A stretch of DNA of 52,367 nucleotides from contig OZ210884.1 of NCBI GenBank assembly GCA_964658305.1, positions 8,432,001 through 8,484,367 of the forward strand. The letters are read 5' to 3'. Made by a program: the position numbers and the translations under genes. This DNA comes from Leptogorgia sarmentosa. Its lineage: Eukaryota. The notes beneath the pieces were generated by a model, which was not told the DNA's origin, made no database searches, and was given only the letters and a program-made list of their open reading frames with translations. Shown here piece by piece: positions 7,901-19,600 of this stretch; positions within the stretch are counted from its first letter, which is position 1; every line of letters begins with the position of its first letter.

Positions 7901-10108
7901 AATAGGAAATGTCATGGGCTTAATATTATCAATGTCTTCCTCAATGTTATCATCGTCCACCTCAGAAATGGAGGTATCTGAAGGTGTTGTGGCATCATTG
8001 GCATCATGAGTATGAGCTCTAAAGAAGAACATGTCGTCTGGTTTTTGTATTTTCCATGTAGTAACCAAGTGTTGAAGGTAATCTTGGTCGATATGAGTGA
8101 AACGTTTTTCTCTTTTAATTTTGCTGATTTCGTTTTTGATATCCTGCTTTCTAGGAAAATATCTTCTTCTTGTTCTGGGTGGAATAGCCTGGTCTTTGAA
8201 GAGGTCGTTTTTTACGTACTGTTCCAGGTATCTTTTCACATCACTTACTCTTCTAACACTCATCCCAATAAGTTCTGCTATTTTCTCTTTCAGAGCAGGA
8301 TCTATTGACTCGCAAATACCTGCTGCCTGTAAGAGAATTTAGAAAAACGTAATTTTGATATACAAATACATGTATCGTGAATCACTAGCAATATTAATAA
8401 ATGTATGCCTTGTGCAAGTTTATAGTAGGTTTTCATGTTGGTGGGGTAGCACATTCCGCTATAACTGTTCTATAAATGGTGCTCCACTAATCAATTCATT
8501 CTTTAGATTTCCTTCTTTTCACAAGTTTATGTGTCATGTTGATTTTGCACAGAGGTATAAGCAAAGTTGCCCTTTAGCTGAGAAACGGAACAACGACAAT
8601 AAATAGGCAGATGTCTTTATAATTACCTCTCCAACTATGTGATTAGCATGCTCATTTGGCCCTGGCAATTTGATGTAAAATCTTGACTCCGGTTTAGCAT
8701 TGCCCTCCTTAATAGATTCCCGCAAAATTTTAGAGCTTTGCTTCCGCAACCATGCTGTGTTACGTAGAACCTGTAACATACAAGTTATCAAGATTCTCTT
8801 ATAGGTATAAAAATTAACACACGATGACGAAACTGAGCCATTACAAGAGTCTAGTAATGGCAACCAGTTACACGATGAGGAACATTATAATGTATAGGAA
8901 TAGCTCTTTTCTAATAAACATCAATTTTTGTTGTAATTTTTCATAAGAAATGACGAATTCGAATTAAACTATGGAATTTTTTTAATGTCATTATGGCTTA
9001 CTTAATTTGAACAGAGAGGGACATAGCCTGAAACTCTATCGTGATGGAGTCGATCAAGAAATGATCAGAAAAGTTGGCAAACTATTCGATTAAAATATCT
9101 TTTTCTTTCTGTATAATTAGATATCATTACATATTTACCGTCATAAAACTGTACACTTTATATTCTCATAGTCATAGACGCTTTCTTACCTTATTCTCTG
9201 GAAACTTTAAAACATGCTTGATGGAGATAGTTGCTGGACAATCCTTCTTTTTTGTATTTTGTACGTGAAATCGTTTCTTGAAAGTCTTGTCGTAGCTGTG
9301 CTCTACAAACTGAATTTCGAAACACATACCATATTTAGCAAACATGAAAATTACTTTGAAAATTAAATGGATATACTTCATTCATTTCATACCTGGCTAC
9401 TATCTGATTTTGACCTATTCGCTGCCTTATCAGCTTTATGTTTGTCCTTTCCCTGATGACACCAATATATTTTCTCTCCATTCATGATAAAAGGAACTCC
9501 GTCAAATGGCAAGCTATGGTTGGTTCCGTTCGGTGACTCCCAACAAACGTTCTTGTTTGTTAAAATAGTTAAAATAGCATCTTCAATTAAAGTGCGAATG
9601 ATAACTAAATTAACTGTTATAATTGTTGTGTAGAAATATGAACTAGCGTATGCAGTGATGAGTTTAGCGGCAAATACGCCTAACTGTGGCAACAACAACT
9701 ATTTAAAGTGATACATCTGCTGGTCAGAATGCAGTGACTGTGAGGTATTAGGGCTTATAAGGCCTAGCCGAATGTGTGTATTGATTTATTTTAAACTTTG
9801 GTATCCGGTGGTATAGATAATAAATGATGGAGAAGAGTCCGATCCGATGCCATCTTCCTTAGAGGATACCAGCCTTGATTGTGCTGCTCCTGTATACTGT
9901 TTATTGTGTAATTATATGATATAATAATGTGCATACCTCTTGTATTACTAAAGCATGCATTGCTGCTGTAGACAACAAAGCGACTCATCGTTGCTTTTTC
10001 ATACTCGTGTATTACTTGGTCGATCTCGTCAAGTGAACTCACATATCCTTCCTTGTCTGAAAACCAAACTCCTGGTCGACTACTATCCAGCGATTGCAGT
10101 TCCGCCAT
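4229..10108 (-). CDS. MULE transposase: CaRF/ALS2CR8-like DBD, DDE, SWIM and Ulp1/C48 protease (~9 exons, ~1130 codons, one in-frame TGA)
   Basis: Exons 10108-9937, 9580-9393, 9309-9190, 8770-8627, 8326-7591, 7265-7024, 6625-6450, 6293-5864 join in frame at GT-AG sites (736 codons). Last exon ~5421-4229; its junction phase is unresolved. Confidence 0.88.
4976..5421 (-). CDS. Transposase linker (helical region plus basic NLS-like tract), 5' part of the last exon
   Basis: Open frame with KKGKKRK; same frame as the protease ORF across TGA 4978-4976. Confidence 0.7.
5864..6293 (-). CDS. Transposase exon 8, SWIM zinc finger
   Basis: PSCQCADWNKTKLLCKH (CxC-x10-CxH); CAG acceptor and CAG|GTAAGT donor. 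Confidence 0.9.
6450..6625 (-). CDS. Transposase exon 7 with catalytic Glu (not in the ORF track)
   Basis: RWVQAFRIEDMEVAVHTNNGVERQNEALKY...; TNNxxE MULE motif, E at 6562-6560. Confidence 0.9.
6653..6764. mobile_element. Small palindromic MITE-like insert in transposase intron 6
   Basis: ~49-bp imperfect arms TAATTCAGACGTCGAACTTTCCATGCGCCGAACCT... / ...AGGTTCGGCACATGAAAAGTTCGACATCTGAACTA with a ~14-nt loop. Confidence 0.7.
7024..7265 (-). CDS. Transposase exon 6 (CxxH motif)
   Basis: VFLCDFHREKAW; TAG acceptor and AAG|GTAAAT donor. Confidence 0.9.
7591..8326 (-). CDS. Transposase exon 5 (end of CaRF-like region and first two catalytic Asp)
   Basis: CLLDATYRTT (D 7819-7817), FMVDFADEE (D 7636-7634). 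Confidence 0.92.
8627..8770 (-). CDS. Transposase exon 4 (HxxH of the zinc finger)
   Basis: RFYIKLPGPNEHANH; phase-0 GT-AG borders. Confidence 0.85.
9190..9309 (-). CDS. Transposase exon 3
   Basis: TKKKDCPATISIKHVLKFPENK; phase-0 borders. Confidence 0.85.
9393..9580 (-). CDS. Transposase exon 2
   Basis: LPFDGVPFIMNGEKIYWCHQG; CAG|GTATGA donor; acceptor less certain. Confidence 0.8.
9937..10108 (-). CDS. Transposase exon 1
   Basis: AAT-ATG-GCG start; ...IHEYEKATMSRFVVYSS; GAG|GTATGC donor in phase with exon 2. Confidence 0.8.
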
Positions 10109-10124
10109 ATTTTAATAAATTAAA

Positions 10125-10173
10125 TTTCCCGCCAAATCAAGTTTACACGCGGGCTCACGATTGCGACTTTGAA
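10125..10173. promoter_or_regulatory. E2F-like site and CHR-like TTTGAA upstream of the transposase ATG
   Basis: TTTCCCGCCAAA 10125-10136; TTTGAA 10168-10173. Confidence 0.4.
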
Positions 10174-10334
10174 ATTCTTGAATTTGTAGGCTTTGCCGTT
10201 CGGATTAGTCGGTTTAAAGCGTATTTTCTTGTAAGTGGTTAAAATGTCTTAAGGCCCGTTACATACGTCGAATTTTCTTCGCATCGAATACAGTCCCGAT
10301 TTAAGGGCTGTATTATTTTTAGAATTTATGAAAT

Positions 10335-10450
10335 AGGGTTAATTAGAATTAGCATGAGAGTTGGAATAAAGTTAGGACATGGTGTGAGGTTATGATTACG
10401 GTTAAGATTAGGGTTAGCAATTTGAGTTAAGGTTAGCGTTTTGGTTAGGA
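10335..10450 (+). repeat. Degenerate (GGTTAG/TTAGGG)n-like hexamer tract inside the transposon
   Basis: AGGGTTAATTAG...AGGTTATGATTACGGTTAAGATTAGGGTTAG...GGTTAGCGTTTTGGTTAGG. Confidence 0.6.
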
Positions 10451-11618
10451 TTATAAGACAAAAAGTCTGAAAATAGAAACAACCCCCAGAACGTGAAAGG
10501 TGTGGTTGCAGAACACAGTTTCTCCAAACCTCTCAAATGCTCATTTGTTTGCTGGAGAGAGGGCGAGGTTAATAGATTCCTACAAGAAACCCATTCCCTC
10601 TGCCATGCATTCTCTAAGGTGTGTGTGTGTGTGTTGTGCTCAAAACTGCTAACTTTATTTTATATAAATTACACTTTTTCCAGAAAAGTACTAGTTGGTC
10701 AGTTTTTCCTGTTCACTATCCCTTGCTTGGAACTTAATCGAATTGGAACTTCATGATAGTATTATAAGTAAAAAAAGTGAGATAGATCCTGCTTATGCTG
10801 GGACGGATAGCCTGGTTCAGTATTCTACCAATGGCCTTATAACACAGAGAGTAGGCAATGCCTCTATGCATCTTTGATAGCTATTTTGCTCCAAACAAAA
10901 AAAGTTTTAAATTTCAATTACAGGAAATTAGACTAAGTTCTAAAAATAATTTATGCAGTATATATGTGTTGATGTACAGAATCTGAATTGTGTAGATATC
11001 ACACAAGTGGCTAATTGCTAAATAATATATGTCAACCTGTATCTCATACTGCTGTGTGTGTAAATCCAAGGGATTGTTTCCTTTGACATGTTTTTATAAT
11101 TTAATAAATGTGAATGATGAGAAGGTGGGCATTGGAATGTAATTATCTGGGATCAAGTGCTGCTCCCTTGGAATATATCATTTTTCAAGGTAATTTTTTG
11201 AGGAATATTCTGGTTGGTAACTGATAAATAATTACATTGAAAGTTTAAGTTTTGTTTAATCTTTTCTGGCTAGAAGCCTGAGCAATTTTCAATTTCAAGC
11301 AGGCCAGGCTGGAGGGTAATTTTTAAGGTTGAAGGTCAAGTCAAGAAGAATAGAAAGTGATTATCTCTTGAATATTGCTCAGTCAAAAACCACTAATTTG
11401 AGTGAAATTCTGTAAAAAATCTCATTTTTACATGGCACATATATGGTTCCTCCATTGGACAATTTGAATTTGAGTTGGAATAATATTGGAATAAATTTCT
11501 GGTTGATTAAGGGGGGCTTGAGACAAAAAATTAATTAAAGTGTTTTATTGACTATAATATAAAGAACTGCAGGCAGAAAACATAAGATAATTAAGATTTC
11601 AGAGTCTATACCTCAAAG

Positions 11619-11846
11619 ATATACGCTTTTCGCGTCTCTATAAAGTACTATAAATTGCTGATACGAATTTACCGAAAAATCATCTTTATTTTATATTAAT
11701 ATCTGAACTGCGAGAATGTTTGGAAAATTCCAAATTTTCTAAAGTAATCTGTTCTCGCGTGTACCACGAACACGAAGAAAACACGCAACTAGACCCAGAC
11801 CTCACACGGTCACCTACCTCTCGTCCATCCCCTTTAACCACAACCC
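11619..11846 (-). repeat. Right terminal inverted repeat
   Basis: Reverse complement of 3902-4144. Confidence 0.95.
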
Positions 11847-11854
11847 TAACCCCA
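11847..11854 (+). other. Target-site duplication, right
   Basis: TAACCCCA, identical to 3894-3901. Confidence 0.8.
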
Positions 11855-12826
11855 GCCTTTTCCAGCCTAACCGCAACCTTTCCAGCCTAACCCCACCCTT
11901 TTCCAGCCTAACCGCAACCTTTCCAGCCTAACCCCAGCCTTTTCCAGCCTAACCGCAACCTTTCAAGCCTAACCCCACCCTTTTCCTTCCTAACCGCAAC
12001 CTTTCCAGCCTAACCCCAGCCTTTTCCTGCCTAACCGCAACTTTTCCAGCCTAACCCCACCCTTTTCCTGCCTAACCGCAACCTTTCCAGCCTAACCCCA
12101 GCCTTTTCCTGCCTAACCCCACCCTTTTCTTGCCTAATCGCAACCTTTCCAGCCTAACCCCAGCGTTTTCCAGCCTAACCGCAACCTTTCCAGCCTCACC
12201 ACAGCATTTTCCAGCCTAACCGCAACCTTTCCAGCCTAACCGCAACCTTTCCAGCCTAACCGCAACCTTTCCAGCCTAACCCCAGCCTTTTCCAGCCTAA
12301 CCGCAGCCTTTTCCTGCCTAACCGCAACCTTTCCAGCCTAACCCCAGCCGTTTCCTGGCTAACCGCAACCTTTCCAGCCTAACCCCAGCCTTTTGGTGCC
12401 TAACCGCAACCTTTCCTGCCTAACCCCACCCTTTTCCTGCCTAACCGCAAACTTTCCAACCTAACCCCAGCCTTTTCGTGCCTAACCGCAACCTTTCCTG
12501 CCTAACCCCACCCTTTTCCTACCTAACCGCAACCTTTCCAGCCTAACCCCAGCCTTTTCCTGCCTAACCGCAACCTTTCCAGCCTAACCCCAGCCTTTTC
12601 CAGCCTAACCGCAACCTTTCCAGCATAGACCCAACCTTTTCCAGCATAGCCCCAACCTTTTCCAGCATAGGCCCAATCTTTTCCAGCATAGCCCCAACCT
12701 TTTCCAGCCTAACCCCAACCTTTTCCAGCCTAACCCCAACCTTTTCCAGCCTACACCCAACCTTTTCCAGCCTACACCTAACCTTTTCCAGCCTAGCCCC
12801 AAGCTTTTCCAGCCAGCCTTTTCCTG
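11847..12826 (+). repeat. Satellite (41-bp dimer, then 21-bp subfamily)
   Basis: Direct inspection. Confidence 0.96.
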
Positions 12827-13684
12827 CCAGACTCGCTCTGTGCGGATGGTAGGGCACTTGACGAATCTATTTGTTTTTTTTTCTTCTTCCTTGACTATTC
12901 TTGCTTTTTGACCCTTCTATAATGTTGGGATGTTGAAAAAAGCGATGAAAATAAATTTTGACGTCCGCGCATGCGCAATGGAGACTACGGACCTTGACGA
13001 AATTATTCTCGGTTTTTTCACTCAAAAATATTTTTTTTGTTTCTTCCTTGACTATTGTTGCTTTTTAATACTTTCACAATGTCTGGGATGCTGAAAAAAA
13101 CGAAGAAAAACTGGTGAAAATAAATTTTGAAGTACGCGCATGCGCAATGCGCTTTACGAAATTAGTTTCGGTTTTTTTCACTCAAAACTTTTTTTTCCGT
13201 TTCTTCCTTGACAATTGTTACTTTTAACACTTTCACAATGTCTGGGATGTTGAAAAAACGAAGAAAAAACGAAGAAAACAAATTTTGACGCACGCGCATG
13301 CGCAGTGAAATTCACCAAACGAGTCCCACAACAACCACGCCACAAGAGTGCAACGTAGTTAAATACAAATCCGGAATATAGCTTATTGGTTATCATGCTA
13401 CGACATTGCCTTTCGCCAAAGGACAAGGTGCTTATCACATATGGTCTAGGGGCCGATCTGCATCTCCCTGCTCTCTGAGTGTCCTGAATGTCAAAGTAAT
13501 AGCTTGTTACCAGTCAAGACATAGCGGGCATCCCCGATGCGTTCCGGTTGCCTTAGTAAGTCCCTACTGGCGATCTACCAGACTCGTTCTGTGCGGATGG
13601 TAGGGCACTTGACGAATTCTTTTCGGTTTTTTTCTTGACTATTCTTGCTTTTTAACACTTTCGCAATGTCTGGGATGTTGAAGT
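12827..13684. repeat. Island B copy 2
   Basis: Near-identical to 2268-3125 (offset 10559). Confidence 0.93.
13373..13623 (+). ncRNA. Candidate structured Pol III ncRNA, copy 2
   Basis: Same sequence as 2814-3064. Confidence 0.45.
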
Positions 13685-16600
13685 CAACCTTTTCCTGCCT
13701 AACCGCAACCTTTCCAGCCTAACCCCAGCCTTTTCCAGCCTAACCCCAGCCTTTTCCAGCCTAACCGCAACCTTTCCAGCCTAACCGCAACCTTTCCAGC
13801 CTAACCGCAACCTTTCCAGCCTAACCTAACCCCAGCCTAACCCCAGCCTTTTCCTGCCTAACCCCAGCCTTTTCCAGCTAACCCCAGCCTTTTCCAGCCT
13901 AACCGCAACCTTTCCAGCCTAACCCCAGCCTTTTCCTGCCTAACCGCAACCTTTCCAGCCTAACCCCAGCCTTTTACTGCCTAACCACAACCTTTCAAGC
14001 CTAACCCCAGCCTTTTCCAGCCTAACCGCAACCTTTCCAGCCTAACCCCAGCCTTTTCCTGCCTAACCGCAACCTTTCCAGCCTAACCCCAGAATTTTCC
14101 AGCCTAACCGCAACCTTTCCAGCCTAACCACAGCCTTTTCCTGCCTAACCGCAACCTTTCCAGCCTAACCCCAGCCTTTTCGTGCCTAACCGCAACCTTT
14201 CCAGCCTAACCCCTGCCTTTTCCTGCCTAACCGCAACCTTTCCAGCCTAACCGCAGCCTTTTCCTGCCTAACCGCAACCTTTCCAGCCTAACCCCAGCCT
14301 TTTCGTGCCTAACCGCAACCTTTCCAGCCTAACCCCAGCCTTTTCCTGCCTAACCGCAACCTTTCCAGCCTAACCCCAGCCTTTTCCTGCCTAACCGCAA
14401 CCTTTCCAGCCTAACCCCAGCCTTTTCCAGCCTAACCGCAACCTTTCCAGCCTAACCCCACCCTTTTCCAGCCTAACCGCAACCTTTCCAGCCTAACCCC
14501 AGCCTTTTCCAGCCTAACCGCAACCTTTCAAGCCTAACCCCACCCTTTTCCTTCCTAACCGCAACCATTCCAGCCTAACCCCAGCCTTTTCCTGCCTAAC
14601 CGCAACTTTTCCAGCCTAACCCCACCCTTTTCCTGCCTAACCGCAACCTTTCCAGCCTAACCCCAGCCTTTTCCTGCCTAACCCCAGCCTTTTCCAGCCT
14701 AACCGCAACCTTTCCAGCCTAACCGCAACCTTTCCAGCCTAACCGCAACCTTTCCAGCCTAACCTAACCCCAGCCTAACCCCAGCCTTTTCCTGCCTAAC
14801 CCCAGCCTTTTCCAGCTAACCCCAGCCTTTTCCAGCCTAACCGCAACCTTTCCAGCCTAACCCCAGCCTTTTCCTGCCTAACCGCAACCTTTCCAGCCTA
14901 ACCCCAGCCTTTTACTGCCTAACCACAACCTTTCAAGCCTAACCCCAGCCTTTTCCAGCCTAACCGCAACCTTTCCAGCCTAACCCCAGCCTTTTCCTGC
15001 CTAACCGCAACCTTTCCAGCCTAACCCCAGAATTTTCCAGCCTAACCGCAACCTTTCCAGCCTAACCACAGCCTTTTCCTGCCTAACCGCAACCTTTCCA
15101 GCCTAACCCCAGCCTTTTCGTGCCTAACCGCAACCTTTCCAGCCTAACCCCTGCCTTTTCCTGCCTAACCGCAACCTTTCCAGCCTAACCGCAGCCTTTT
15201 CCTGCCTAACCGCAACCTTTCCAGCCTAACCCCAGCCTTTTCGTGCCTAACCGCAACCTTTCCAGCCTAACCCCAGCCTTTTCCTGCCTAACCGCAACCT
15301 TTCCAGCCTAACCCCAGCCTTTTCCTGCCTAACCGCAACCTTTCCAGCCTAACCCCAGCCTTTTCCAGCCTAACCGCAACCTTTCCAGCCTAACCCCACC
15401 CTTTTCCAGCCTAACCGCAACCTTTCCAGCCTAACCCCAGCCTTTTCCAGCCTAACCGCAACCTTTCAAGCCTAACCCCACCCTTTTCCTTCCTAACCGC
15501 AACCATTCCAGCCTAACCCCAGCCTTTTCCTGCCTAACCGCAACTTTTCCAGCCTAACCCCACCCTTTTCCTGCCTAACCGCAACCTTTCCAGCCTAACC
15601 CCAGCCTTTTCCTGCCTAACCGCAACCTTTCCAGCCTAACCCCAGCCTTTTCCAGCCTAACCGCAACCTTTCCAGCCTAACCCCAGCATTTTCCAGCCTA
15701 ACCGCAACCTTTCCAGCCTAACCCCACCCTTTTCCTGCCTAAAGGCAACCTTTCCAGCCTAACCCCAGCGTTTTCCAGCCTAACCGCAACCTTTCCAGCC
15801 TCACCACAGCATTTTCCAGCCTAACCGCAACCTTTCCAGCCTAACCGCAACCTTTCCAGCCTAACCGCAACCTTTCCAGCCTAACCCCAGCCTTTTCCAG
15901 CCTAACCGCAGCCTTTTCCTGCCTAACCGCAACCTTTCCAGCCTAACCCCAGCCGTTTCCTGGCTAACCGCAACCTTTCCAGCCTAACCCCAGCCTTTTG
16001 GTGCCTAACCGCAACCTTTCCTGCCTAACCCCACCCTTTTCCTGCCTAACCGCAAACTTTCCAACCTAACCCCAGCCTTTTCGTGCCTAACCGCAACCTT
16101 TCCAGCCTAACCCCACCCTTTTCCTACCTAACCGCAACCTTTCCAGCCTAACCCCAGCCTTTTCCTGCCTAACCGCAACCTTTCCAGCCTAACCCCAGCC
16201 TTTTCCAGCCTAACCGCAACCTTTCCAGCCTAACCCCAGCATTTTCCAGCCTAACCGCAACCTTTCCAGCCTAACCCCACCCTTTTCCAGGCTAACCGCA
16301 ACCTTTCCAGCCTAACCCCAGCCTTTTCCAGCCTAACCGCAACCTTTCCAGCCTAACCCCACCCTTTTCCTGCCTAACCGCAACCTTTCCAGCCTAACCC
16401 AAGCCTTTTCCAGCCTAACCGCAACCTTTCCAGCCTAACCCCACCCTTTTCCTGCCTAACCGCAATCTTTCCAGCCTAACCGAACCTTTTCCTGGCTAAC
16501 CGCAACCTTTCCAGCCTAACCCCAGCCTTTTCCAGCCTAACCGCAACCTTTCCAGGCTAACCCCAGCCTTTTCCAGCCTAACCGCAACCTTTCCAGCCTA

Positions 16601-19600
16601 ACCCCACCCTTTTCCAGCCTAACCGCAACCTTTCCAGCCTAACCCCACCCTTTTCCAGCCTAACCGCAACCTTTCCAGCCTAACCCCACCCTTTTCCTGC
16701 CTAACCGCAACCTTTCCAGCCTAACCCAAGCCTTTTCCAGACTAACCGCAACCTTTCCAGCCTTACCCCACCCTTTTCCTGCCTAACCGCAACCTTTCCA
16801 GCCTAACCCCAGCCTTTTCCAGCCTAACCGCAACCTTTCCAGCCTAACCCCACCCTTTTCCAGCCTAACCGCAACCTTTCCAGCCTAACCCCAGCCGTTT
16901 CCTGCCTAACCGCAACCTTTCCAGCCTAACCCCAGCCTTTTCGTGCCTAACCGCAACCTTTCCTGCCTAACCCCACCCTTTTCCTGCCTAACCGCAACCT
17001 TTCCAGCCTAACCCCAGCCTTTTCCTGCCTAACCGCAACCTTTCCAGCCTAACCCCTGCCTTTTCCAGCCTAACCGCAACCTTTCCAGCCTAACCCCACC
17101 CTTTTCCAGCCTAACCGCAACCTTTCCAGCCTAACCCCAGCCTTTTCCGGCCTAACCGCAACCTTTCCAGCCTAACCCCACCCTTTTCCTTCCTAACCGC
17201 AACCTTTCCAGCCTAACCCCAGCCTTTTCCTGCCTAACCGCAACCTTTCCAGCCTAACCCCACCCTTTTCCTGCCTAAACGCAACCTTTCCAGCCTAACC
17301 CCAGCCTTTTCCTGCCTAACCCCACCCTTTTCTTGCCTAACCGCAACCTTTCCAGACTAACCCCAGCCTTTTCCTGCCTAACCGCAACCTTTCCAGCCTA
17401 ACCCCAGCGTTTTCCTGCCTAACCGCAACCTTTCCAGCCTAACCCCAGCCTTTTCCAGCCTAACCGCAACATTTCCAGCCTAACCCCAGCCTTTTCGTGC
17501 CTAACCGCAACCTTTCCTGCCTAACCCCACCCTTTTCCTGCCTAACCGCAACCTTTCCAGCCTAACCCCAGCCTTTTCCTGCCTAACCGCAACCTTTCCA
17601 GCCTAACCCCAGCCTAACCGCAACCTTTCCAGCCTAACTCCAGCCTTTTCCTGCCTAACCGCAACCTTTCCAGCCTAACCCCAGCCTTTTCGTGCCTAAC
17701 GGCAACCTTTCCTGGCTAACCCCACCCTTTTCCAGCCTAACCGCAACCTTTCCAGCCTAACCCCAGCCTTTTCCTGCCTAACCGCAACCTTTCCAGCCTA
17801 ACCCCAGCCTTTTCCAGCCTAACCGCAACCTTTCCAGCCTAACCCCACCCTCTTCCAGCCTAACCGCAACCTTTCCAGCCTAACCCCAGCCTTTTCCAGC
17901 CTAACCGCAGCCTTTTCGTGCCTAACTGCAACCTTTCCAGCCTAACCCCAGCCTTTTCCTGCCTAACCGCAACCTTTCCAGCCTAACCCCAGCGTTTTCC
18001 AGCGTAACCGCAACCTTTCCAGCCTCACCACAGCATTTTCCAGCCTAACCGCAACCTTTCCAGCCTAACCCCAGCCTTTTCCAGCCTAACCGCAACCTTT
18101 CCAGCCTAACCCCACCCTTTTCCTGCCTAACCGCAACCTTTCCAGCCTAACCCCAGCCTTTTCCTGCCTAACCGCAACCTTTCCAGCCTAACCCCAGCCT
18201 TTTCCAGCCTAACCGCAGCCTTTTCCTGCCTAACCGCAACCTTTCCAGCCTAACCCCAGCCGTTTCCTGCCTAACCGCAACCTTTCCAGCCTAACCCCAG
18301 CCTTTTCGTGCCTAACCGCAACTTTTCCTGCCTAACCCCACCCTTTTCCTGCCTAACCGCAACCTTTCCAGCCTAACCCCAGCCTTTTCCTGCCTAACCG
18401 CAACCTTTCCAGCCTAACCCCAGCCTTTTCCAGCCTAACCGCAACCTTTCCAGCCTAACCCCAGCCTTTTCCAGCCTAACCGCAACCTTTCCAGCCTAAC
18501 CCCACCCTTTTCCTGCCTAACCGCAACCTTTCCAGCCTAACCCAAGCCTTTTCCAGCCTAACCGCAACCTTTCCAGCCTAACCCCACCCTTTTCCTGCCT
18601 AACCGCAATCTTTCCAGCCTAACCGAAGCCTTTTCCTGGCTAACCGCAACCTTTCCAGCCTAACCCCAGCCTTTTCCAGCCTAACCGCAACCTTTCCAGC
18701 CTAACCCCAGCCTTTTCCAGCCTAACCGCAACCTTTCCAGCCTAACCCCACCCTTTTCCAGCCTAACCGCAACCTTTCCAGCCTAACCCCAGCCTTTTCC
18801 AGCCTAACCGCAACCTTTCCAGCCTAACCCCACCCTTTTCCTGCCTAACCGCAACCTTTCCAGCCTAACCCAAGCCTTTTCCAGCCTAACCGCAACCTTT
18901 CCAGCCTTACCCCACCCTTTTCCTGCCTAACCGCAACCTTTCCAGCCTAACCCCAGCCTTTTCCAGCCTAACCGCAACCTTTCCAGCCTAACCCCACCCT
19001 TTTCCAGCCTAACCGCAACCTTTCCAGCCTAACCCCAGCCGTTTCCTGCCTAACCGCAACCTTTCCAGCCTAACCCCAGCCTTTTCGTGCCTAACCGCAA
19101 CCTTTCCTGCCTAACCCCACCCTTTTCCTGCCTAACCGCAACCTTTCCAGCCTAACCCCAGCCTTTTCCTGCCTAACCGCAACCTTTCCAGCCTAACCCC
19201 AGCCTTTTCCAGCCTAACCGCAACCTTTCCAGCCTAACCCCACCCTTTTCCAGCCTAACCGCAACCTTTCCAGCCTAACCCCAGCCTTTTCCGGCCTAAC
19301 CGCAACCTTTCCAGCCTAACCCCACCCTTTTCCTTCCAAACCGCAACCTTTCCAGCCTAACCCCAGCCTTTTCCTGCCTAACCGCAACCTTTCCAGCCTA
19401 ACCCCACCCTTTTCCTGCCTAAACGCAACCTTTCCAGCCTAACCCCAGCCTTTTCCTGCCTAACCCCACCCTTTTCTTGCCTAACCGCAACCTTTCCAGA
19501 CTAACCCCAGCCTTTTCCTGCCTAACCGCAACCTTTCCAGCCTAACCCCAGCGTTTTCCTGCCTAACCGCAACCTTTCCAGCCTAACCCCAGCCTTTTCC

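Larger units (their letters stand above)
3902..11846 (-). mobile_element. Full-length Mutator/MULE DNA transposon
   Basis: Long TIRs (GGGTTGTGGTTAAAGGGG...CCCCTTTAACCACAACCC), TSD and MULE DDE transposase gene. Confidence 0.96.

Noticed and set aside
4258..9268. Plus-strand ORFs within the transposon
   Set aside because: Antisense shadows of transposase exons or AT-rich introns.
10493..10877. Possible second gene or captured exons in the transposon's right arm
   Set aside because: Short ORFs with no recognisable homology or consistent splice chain; BLASTX or RNA-seq would be needed.
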